A DNA stretch of 32,000 bases from Planctopirus limnophila DSM 3776. Lineage in GTDB: Bacteria > Planctomycetota > Planctomycetia > Planctomycetales > Planctomycetaceae. This document shows, in pieces, positions 25,652 to 32,000 of the stretch. The notes below the pieces were generated by a model that was given only the letters and a program-made list of their open reading frames with translations, was not told where the DNA came from and ran no database searches. The stretch lies in NCBI RefSeq assembly GCF_000092105.1, contig NC_014148.1:480001-512000 (forward strand), read 5' to 3'. A program made the position numbers and the translations under genes. Within the stretch, counting starts at the first letter, position 1, and each line of letters begins with the position of its first letter.

Positions 25652-27058
25652 TTATTGCACATCTCGAATAGAGACTGGATTGAGCGGAAAGACATCCACC
25701 ACATTGGGCATGATGACTGCCGATCCATCATTCGCATTTTCAAACACGCGGCCCTCAATACGTATGCGGGCATAGCTGGTCCCTGAGCCTGTCGAAAGAC
25801 CAGTGGGGTAAAAAGAAGCGGCTGGAAACTCAGCAGGCTTGGCTGCCGCCAGACTGGTGAAACTTTCTTCTAATTGGGAGATGCGATACCAGCGCATGCG
25901 GCCGGCATCGAGGATATAGCCACCCTTCTTCCACTTGGGAGGATCGTTCTCATCGTATTTGACAACGATGACCGAAGATGCTGCGCCGGAGGTATCGACA
26001 TACGAGGCGAAGAACGCTCCCTGAATCCGTTCGTCATTGATGCCAAACTGGCGGCGGAAGAAGACCACCGCATCCGAATTGCGTGTTCCATCGGCCTTAA
26101 CGCGCGTTGTCGTCAGCCAGGTGTATCGCAACTCCTGTGTTTCGATACGAATCTTGACTGGTGAAAAGCCCAGTGCACCGACGAACGACAGGCTCGTCGA
26201 TGTCGGCGCGGGTGTCCCGCTGATTGGACGAACTTCGACGCGACGCATATCCGCATCGAACATCACCATCCGGCTGGAAGTAACGGCCGGATTGACGATC
26301 TGACTCAAGCCTGTCTGGTCAGCAAAGGTGATCGTAAAGGTGCCGTCTCCGTTATCAACGGGAGCAGCAAAATCGACCGATTCCACCTGCAGGAGCCAGC
26401 TGTCGGGCAATGTTGCGATCTGGCTTGCCTGCAATAACGTCGTGGCACCGCCCGTAAAACGCGGCACGACAGTGAGCGCGTTGGTTCCATCATTTCCGAA
26501 AAAGCGACCAGCATTGGGTGCCAGGACATCCGCCATGCGGAACGAACCCAGGGGATCCACCACATAACCATTGGTAATGGAAACTGGCTGCCAGATCGTC
26601 CCATCAGCCGCTGTAATGGGCCCGGTACTGGCCCAGACAGGTTCCGTATTTCCCAGGACACCACTGGTGCTGCAACCAAAGACCAGGCGTGGAAACTGTG
26701 AACGAGTGATGGGGTTACTGGGCAATATAAATGTGGGGCGCGCGGGATTGTCGGTGATGGATGTCGCCGTCAGTCCCGGTTGCCAGAGTGCAGCGCCGGT
26801 GTTGACCTGACTAAGTGCATTCCGCATTCCGCGAACATTGTAACTCAGAATGGCCGAGTTGGTCATATTGGTCGCAGCGACCGACTTCAGCACGCTGATC
26901 GGGAAGAGGGAGGCCAGACCGACAATACCAATCCCCATAATCATCAGCGAGATGAGAACTTCACTCAGCGTCACACCTGCACGAGCATTTGAGCCGTGAG
27001 TTTTGTTTGGCCGATAGTTAGTTCTGGTAGACCGAGGGAGCGGAAGTAATGTTTTCAT
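25652..27058 (-). CDS. GspI/PilV-like pseudopilin, 468 aa
   Basis: ...NARAG|VTLSEVLISLMIMGIGIVGLASLF with Glu+5, similar to PilV G|FSLIEVLVAL..IGLLGL. ATGA overlap with the upstream gene at 27055-27058. Confidence 0.65.
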   Translation of the reverse strand: MKTLLPLPRSTRTNYRPNKTHGSNARAGVTLSEVLISLMIMGIGIVGLASLFPISVLKSVAATNMTNSAILSYNVRGMRNALSQVNTGAALWQPGLTATSITDNPARPTFILPSNPITRSQFPRLVFGCSTSGVLGNTEPVWASTGPITAADGTIWQPVSITNGYVVDPLGSFRMADVLAPNAGRFFGNDGTNALTVVPRFTGGATTLLQASQIATLPDSWLLQVESVDFAAPVDNGDGTFTITFADQTGLSQIVNPAVTSSRMVMFDADMRRVEVRPISGTPAPTSTSLSFVGALGFSPVKIRIETQELRYTWLTTTRVKADGTRNSDAVVFFRRQFGINDERIQGAFFASYVDTSGAASSVIVVKYDENDPPKWKKGGYILDAGRMRWYRISQLEESFTSLAAAKPAEFPAASFYPTGLSTGSGTSYARIRIEGRVFENANDGSAVIMPNVVDVFPLNPVSIRDVQ

Positions 27059-28137
27059 TTACCGGCTCCTTCACCAGTTTCGGCATACAGCAAGCGATCA
27101 CTCCCTGCTCCGTATCCCAATTCATGCACAGAAACTGCTCCCGTGCGAGTTGCCACACTGACAAAGTACTTATCGCCTCGGTTTTCGCTGTCTTCCAGTT
27201 CGGCAGCAGAGCCGCTTTCCCAAGCCAGTCGATCCAGATCGGCATCTTTTTGTGTTCCAACGTAGAGATGTAGTAAACCCGCTGTGGCGGCCTGACCAAT
27301 GACGGTGCCACTGGGCGAGAACATGATGTCAATCTGGTTGCTATAGCGAGGGGGATTGACTGAGCCATCTCGCCAGGCGGTCGGTAGAATATTTCCCCTG
27401 GCAGAAGCTGTCGCGAGATTGTCGATATTCCGGGAGCATCGATCGAGATGCACGACCACACCTGCGGGCAGAAAGACGGGCTTCTGACCCACAAACGGTA
27501 CCGGATCGAGTTGCAGGTCATAGGTTGTGACACCATCCCGGCCTGCAGCGAAGGCCTCAAGTGTTCCTGAAGGTGTTTCTGCTGGTAAACGGAAGGGAGT
27601 TGTGAGCCGTAAACGAATCTGGCCGGCACTGGTATCCAAGGTTGCTCGATACCACGTCCCCTGGCTTCCTTTAGGAATCCGAATGCGAATGTCATTAGGA
27701 AATCGCTGGCGAGAAATGAGATTGGACCAGTTCGTTCCTGCCGCTTCAGCCACCACTCGAACATCGGTCGAAGTCAGGTTCGATTCATCCCGTCGCAATT
27801 CAATCGTTCCATCCGACCATAGCTCACCAGGTTGGATATACACCATACTTGTAATCGTGCGGTCATTATTCGGACTCTTGATGAAACGGACACCCACGGG
27901 TGCTTTAGCATAAATGGCTCGGTCACGCGCACCATTGAGGAACGACTGTATCTGCCTGGCACCTGCGCGGACTTTGTCACCATCGAGGCTCAGTCGCACC
28001 ATCGTCGCAGTGATGACCAGGAGCGTGACCAGAATCGAGATCACAACCAGCAGTTCGATCAGCGTAAAGCCGCGTCGCTCAGAGATTCTCTGAACCGGCT
28101 GGCGACCGATCGGCAATATTACGTATTTAGCAAACAT
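27055..28137 (-). CDS. GspH/FimT-like pseudopilin, about 360 aa
   Basis: ...ERRG|FTLIELLVVISILVTLLVI, followed by AGARQIQSFLNGARDRAIYAKAPVGVRF, which is the GspH/FimT-type helix pattern. ORF extends to TTG 28146. ATG 28137 has GGGAGA 9 nt upstream. Confidence 0.65.
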   Translation of the reverse strand: MFAKYVILPIGRQPVQRISERRGFTLIELLVVISILVTLLVITATMVRLSLDGDKVRAGARQIQSFLNGARDRAIYAKAPVGVRFIKSPNNDRTITSMVYIQPGELWSDGTIELRRDESNLTSTDVRVVAEAAGTNWSNLISRQRFPNDIRIRIPKGSQGTWYRATLDTSAGQIRLRLTTPFRLPAETPSGTLEAFAAGRDGVTTYDLQLDPVPFVGQKPVFLPAGVVVHLDRCSRNIDNLATASARGNILPTAWRDGSVNPPRYSNQIDIMFSPSGTVIGQAATAGLLHLYVGTQKDADLDRLAWESGSAAELEDSENRGDKYFVSVATRTGAVSVHELGYGAGSDRLLYAETGEGAGK

Positions 28138-28161
28138 GAGAGTCAATCTCCCGTCCTTGAA

Positions 28162-29274
28162 TCAGCGACGGTTGTTGAAGTTCGAAATATCATCCAGTAA
28201 ATCATCGCGAGATGCCGGCAAGCCAAGTCGCCCTGTGGTGGTATGCGGCTCCTGCAACCCCAGCACTTTTCCCGGCCCTGCGGAAACGATGAGAGGGGTA
28301 AAGAACGTATCGAGCTGGTGATAGTTATTACGAAAAGCCGCATCGCTTTGACCCAGCCCGAGCAGCATCGATTGAATCCGGCCGTAGCCATCATCAGGAT
28401 CGACACCCAAGGGATCGAGATTGGTGCCGGTGGATGCTGGCAGTTCAGGAATCAGTACAAGGCCATACTGTCGATCAATTGTGCCACTCGGATAAGTGAG
28501 TGGTGGGTTTGAATTGCTTGCTGTTGCCAGAGTCGCTGTGGTGCCACTCGTCGTATTGCGGACCAGAGCCGTCGGCCAGCGATAGAACCGCAATGGTTCG
28601 CCCCAGGCATCAATAAACTCCAGGTGACCATCGCCGTCGGTATCCCGGACTTCGTTACTCGAAAAATTATCGGGACTGACGGGTGGTAATCCAAAAACCT
28701 GGGCTTGGGTGAGGGCGTAATAAAGTAGTGCCGATGATTCGGTTTCGACCTTATGATTGGCACTGATATAGGCTGTTGATGTCAACAGGGGATGACTCGA
28801 TGGCAACTCGCTGAATGACTGAGGAAACGTCTGTTTCAGCAGCATCTTCCGGGCAAGGACTTTCATCGCCGGGATATAGTTATTGGTGTTCGCATTACTG
28901 ATCCCCAGATCAGCCCGCACCTGCCGGAAGTATCTCTGGTTGTTTGTCCCCTGCTCCAGGGCTTTATCAACAGCGCGGTTAAACGATTCCAACCGCTGCT
29001 GAAGAAGGCCATCGATTTTAAGAATTGTCGCCTGTGTCGCTCGCTCACGCGCTGTAAGAATCGTATTCCCAAAAACAGCCGCAAATATCGAAATCATCAG
29101 CAGGATCAGGCCGATCACAACCAGCAATTCAATGACGGTAAAACCTGCCCGGCGATGTTGCGAACCGCGAGTACGAGGCGGGAAGCTGGAATTCGACGAA
29201 ATTCTGTTCGCGCAACGGGCAATGGCGCCAGTTGGTGAACTACGAAAATCGAATTGGTGAAACGGATGGATCAT
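28162..29274 (-). CDS. Second GspG-like pseudopilin, about 370 aa
   Basis: ...HRRAG|FTVIELLVVIGLILLMISIF. Also DTDGDGHLEFIDAWGEPLRFY (the DAWG.P motif of G-type pseudopilins), SAGPGK, and a C-terminal LDDISNF resembling the GspG DDIxNW end. ORF extends to TTG 29316, and the first ATG is at 29274. Confidence 0.7.
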   Translation of the reverse strand: MIHPFHQFDFRSSPTGAIARCANRISSNSSFPPRTRGSQHRRAGFTVIELLVVIGLILLMISIFAAVFGNTILTARERATQATILKIDGLLQQRLESFNRAVDKALEQGTNNQRYFRQVRADLGISNANTNNYIPAMKVLARKMLLKQTFPQSFSELPSSHPLLTSTAYISANHKVETESSALLYYALTQAQVFGLPPVSPDNFSSNEVRDTDGDGHLEFIDAWGEPLRFYRWPTALVRNTTSGTTATLATASNSNPPLTYPSGTIDRQYGLVLIPELPASTGTNLDPLGVDPDDGYGRIQSMLLGLGQSDAAFRNNYHQLDTFFTPLIVSAGPGKVLGLQEPHTTTGRLGLPASRDDLLDDISNFNNRR

Positions 29275-29363
29275 CTGAGCATCCCGCGATCGCCCCGTGG
29301 CTATGACTAGAAGCAAGCTATATATAAATCAAGAACATGACAGATAGAGGTTCGGCTCAGCGC

Positions 29364-30422
29364 CTAGCGACCACCCAGTGTTCCCGAATAAAAGTTGGTA
29401 ATGTTATCGAATTCCGCCTCGCGGTCTGCCACACTCACAGCCCCGGTAATTCCCGGTGCCCAGACAGCAGAAGGAATATCGGTGGCAGCGTAACCTGGCA
29501 ATGGTGTAGCGACTTCAGGTTGGAACGGCCCACCCGGCCCGAAAGTCTGGTCATACCCGGGAGAGATGATCTGGAAAGATTTAGCATTCCAGGCTGACTT
29601 ATTGGCTTTATCCTGTGCATAGGGGAGGATAGGGTAGTTAGCTGAGTTTCCCTGGGGGCCGTAAGTTAAAATGCCATACTTACCATTCGTGGTGGCTGCG
29701 TAAAAATAAGGAGTACCCTGCCCTGAGATGGGATCGACAATTTCTGGCAGATTGTCGCCATCAAGATCGGTATAGCGACTTGCAGGATGTTCGTAGTAAG
29801 GAGTGGTGCGCGGGCCAGTTCCACGTCGGAAGGGGGCAGCCGGGTCTTTGGAAAAACCAATGGCCCGCCATAACGTGGTGGAACCTTCAACTGTCTTTTC
29901 GTGTAAACCACCCAGGAAGAAGGCCAGGCATTCCGCATTCGAGAGCACAATCGCACTCCCACCAGCCGTCCCATCGCCATCGATATCCGGAGCACCAGCG
30001 GTATAGGCAAAGTCAAACTGTGGCCAGAACTGACGGATAATGGCTTTGGACTCGCGAATCTCTTGAGCCGTGTACAAATTCGGTGCCACCCCACCATCCG
30101 CCGGAGTGGCCCAGAGTGTCGCTGTTTGTGGAATGACAATGCGGCTGGGGGGATGGATTCCATACTCTTTCTCAAAGGCGACACAGGCCGATTCGATTGC
30201 ACTGATTTCTGTACGCACCTGAGCAATGGTTGCTCTGCGGCGGGCGCCGTTAATGGCAGGCAAGAGGAGAGCGATCAGTATCGAGATCACCACAATGACA
30301 GCCAGCAATTCAATCAGCGTGAAGCCCGCACGAGGCCCGGAGGAGCCACCGTCTGACTGTGTACTGGAATCGCATCCGCGCCCGGCAAAACGAAGGCTGT
30401 AGGGGTTGGTTTTCAGGAACAT
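29364..30422 (-). CDS. gspG: GspG-like major pseudopilin, 352 aa
   Basis: GPRAG|FTLIELLAVIVVISILIALLLPAINGARRRATIAQVRTEISAIESACVAFEKEYG is colinear with the GspG N-terminal helix. The C-terminus has ISPGYDQTFGPGG and FDNITNF. GGAG lies 6 nt before the ATG. It is the first gene after gspF. Confidence 0.75.
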   Translation of the reverse strand: MFLKTNPYSLRFAGRGCDSSTQSDGGSSGPRAGFTLIELLAVIVVISILIALLLPAINGARRRATIAQVRTEISAIESACVAFEKEYGIHPPSRIVIPQTATLWATPADGGVAPNLYTAQEIRESKAIIRQFWPQFDFAYTAGAPDIDGDGTAGGSAIVLSNAECLAFFLGGLHEKTVEGSTTLWRAIGFSKDPAAPFRRGTGPRTTPYYEHPASRYTDLDGDNLPEIVDPISGQGTPYFYAATTNGKYGILTYGPQGNSANYPILPYAQDKANKSAWNAKSFQIISPGYDQTFGPGGPFQPEVATPLPGYAATDIPSAVWAPGITGAVSVADREAEFDNITNFYSGTLGGR

Positions 30423-30625
30423 GATGAACTCCAGTCGCAGCGATGATAGCCGGTGGTCGATGGATGAATTTCTTGGGTTACAAACAATTCGTTCAAGGCG
30501 AAGATCGCAAAGGGCTGTTCAGACACTGGAAACACCTCGCCCCTGAAATCAGAGATTTCTCTGATGAATCGAGGCTGGCGACATGCTTCCGTGTCAGTTT
30601 CCACCCAGTGCAGTTTCAACCGGGA

Positions 30626-31885
30626 TCAGGACAGGTCGTTCAGCAACTGAATCAGAGGCATGAAGAGGGCAATCACAATGAAGCCCACAATCAAGCCCAG
30701 CACCACGACCATGAGTGGTTCGAGCATGTTGATCAGACCTTCGACCAGCACGCCCACTTCTTCGTCGTAGACATCGGCGACTTTATAGAGCATGTTGTCG
30801 AGTGCTCCCGTTTCTTCACCGACGTCGACCATATTGACGACGATCTCGTCGTAAATTTTTGTTTCTCGGAGAGGAACAGCCATCGATTCCCCTTCGCGAA
30901 TAGCCGCATTGACGTGCTCGAAAGCCTTCACGAACACGGCGTTTCCAGCGGTATCACGGGTAATCGACAATGCTTCCAGAATCGGTACACCTGAGGCCAC
31001 GAGTGTTCCCAGCGTGCGGCACGTTCTCGCGATAATCGACTTTTTCAAGATCAGCCCCAGCATGGGAATGCGGAGTGAAATCCAGTCGACAACAAAGGCC
31101 CCGGTTTTGTTCTTTTTGATAATCTTGATCAGCAGCCAGATCGAAATCGGAATGACGGGCCCCAGGTACCAGTAGTTCACGACCGCACTACTGGTGCCGA
31201 TCAAGACTTCCGTCATCATGGGCAGTTTCGTACCGAAGTCGTCGAAGATCTTTTTGAACTTCGGGATAATCCAGTACATAATGAAGCCCACGATCAACGT
31301 GGCCACAGTGATCACCGCTGCCGGGTAGATCATGGCGCCTTGAACTTTACGCTTCAGGCTTTGCTGCCGTTCTTTGAATTCTGCGAGTCGCTGGAGAATC
31401 ACTTCCAACGCACCGCCTGCTTCACCGGCCCTCACCATGTTCACGTAGAGATTATCAAAAGCTTTGGGCTGCTTACCCATGGCTTCCGATAGAGTGCTAC
31501 CGGATTCAATATCTTCGATGACGCCCATCAAGGAGTTCTTAAGGGCACCAGGCTTGGCCTGCACTTCCAGAATTCGCAGACTTCGAAGAATGGGTAGACC
31601 AGCATCCTGAAGTGTCGACAATTGCCGTGTAAAGGTGCAAAGCTGCTTGGCACCTACCCCACCAATCGTGAACGTTCCCTTCTTGCGGGCGTTGGGTTTC
31701 TTCTTCCCATCCTTGGCTGGGCTTGTGTCTTTTTTCTTCTTGGTGCGACCTTTTTCAGAGATCTTGGTGACATAGAAGCCACGCTCGCGGATCTTCGATT
31801 GAGCCTCCTGTTCGGTGGCGGCTTCAATCGTATCCTTGACTTCCATGCCCTTGTTGTCCATCGCTTCGTACATGAAGGTGGGCAT
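30626..31885 (-). CDS. gspF: Type II secretion / type IV pilus platform protein GspF/PilC
   Basis: Two T2SSF repeats are present (FTRQLSTLQDAGLPILRSL...YVNMVRAGEAGGALE and CRTLGTLVASGVPILEAL...MVDVGEETGALD), with 3 TM helices. AAGGAA SD. A Lys-rich linker lies at 31676-31753. Confidence 0.92.
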   Translation of the reverse strand: MPTFMYEAMDNKGMEVKDTIEAATEQEAQSKIRERGFYVTKISEKGRTKKKKDTSPAKDGKKKPNARKKGTFTIGGVGAKQLCTFTRQLSTLQDAGLPILRSLRILEVQAKPGALKNSLMGVIEDIESGSTLSEAMGKQPKAFDNLYVNMVRAGEAGGALEVILQRLAEFKERQQSLKRKVQGAMIYPAAVITVATLIVGFIMYWIIPKFKKIFDDFGTKLPMMTEVLIGTSSAVVNYWYLGPVIPISIWLLIKIIKKNKTGAFVVDWISLRIPMLGLILKKSIIARTCRTLGTLVASGVPILEALSITRDTAGNAVFVKAFEHVNAAIREGESMAVPLRETKIYDEIVVNMVDVGEETGALDNMLYKVADVYDEEVGVLVEGLINMLEPLMVVVLGLIVGFIVIALFMPLIQLLNDLS

Positions 31886-31949
31886 TATCAGTTCCTTATC
31901 TGAAAAAGATGCAGAAGTAGTAGACTCTCAAGACTCAAGCAAACATGTT

Positions 31950-31965
31950 TCAATCGATCGATTGA
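31950..31965. promoter_or_regulatory. Perfect 16-bp palindrome upstream of gspF (candidate operator)
   Basis: TCAATCGATCGATTGA is its own reverse complement. It lies 65-80 nt upstream of the gspF ATG. Confidence 0.2.
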
Positions 31966-32000
31966 TCGTGAAGTGTCCAGAACGTCATCAAATCCCGTCG

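Noticed and set aside
30549-30564. 7+2+7 palindromes TCAGAGA-tt-TCTCTGA (gspF-gspG gap) and CATCCCT-tc-AGGGATG (14590..14605, divergent promoter region)
   Set aside because: Roughly two such palindromes per spacer length are expected by chance in 32 kb. There is no second copy and no supporting context.
31676-31753. Lys-rich insertion KGRTKKKKDTSPAKDGKKKPNARKKG in the GspF N-terminal region
   Set aside because: GspF/PilC proteins normally have a variable, basic linker at this position. This one is longer than usual, but it is not evidence of a novel function.
31888-32000. Possible 3-prime end of an upstream gspE-like gene (a minus-strand frame open for 37 codons, ending TGA 2 nt before the gspF ATG)
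   Set aside because: Translation (TGFDDVLDTSRSIDRLKHVCLSLESLLLLHLFQIRN*) does not resemble a GspE/PilB C-terminus beyond a vague DDVL. A 37-codon open frame has a chance probability of roughly 0.17. Sequence beyond the window is needed to decide.

Overview
This 32 kb window is bacterial chromosome, most likely from a member of the Planctomycetota. The pointers are a DUF1559 / H-X9-DG protein, many prepilin-type proteins, DUF11 lipoproteins and a dispersed palindromic intergenic repeat. All family calls rest on motif recognition by eye, since no searches could be run. No rRNA, tRNA, CRISPR array, transposase or integrase was seen.

The left two thirds (1-18.5 kb) hold mostly single genes or short operons:
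- an outer-membrane beta-barrel porin with two terminator-like hairpins downstream
- a small membrane protein
- a voltage-sensor-like membrane protein that has no pore domain
- a secreted hypothetical protein
- an AcpH-like protein
- a xylose-isomerase-fold sugar isomerase/epimerase
- a DUF1559 protein plus a remnant of a second one
- Mrp/ApbC
- a YfhO-like polytopic membrane protein
- an SDR/epimerase
- a LolA-like secreted protein
- a three-gene envelope operon (two paralogous secreted proteins plus a Cys-rich DUF11 lipoprotein)

The right 13 kb (18927-31885, minus strand) is the most notable part. It is an operon in canonical type II secretion order: gspF, G, G2, H-like, I-like, J-like, K-like. 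All six pseudopilins carry class III signal peptides with long leaders and are 2-5 fold larger than classical ones (352, about 370, about 360, 468, 566 and about 1599 aa). The K-like protein contains a perfect EF-hand loop. No gspL/M/C follows it, and the operon probably continues beyond the right edge.

A palindromic repeat of about 140-150 bp occurs three times in intergenic gaps (about 2.4, 7.4 and 18.7 kb).
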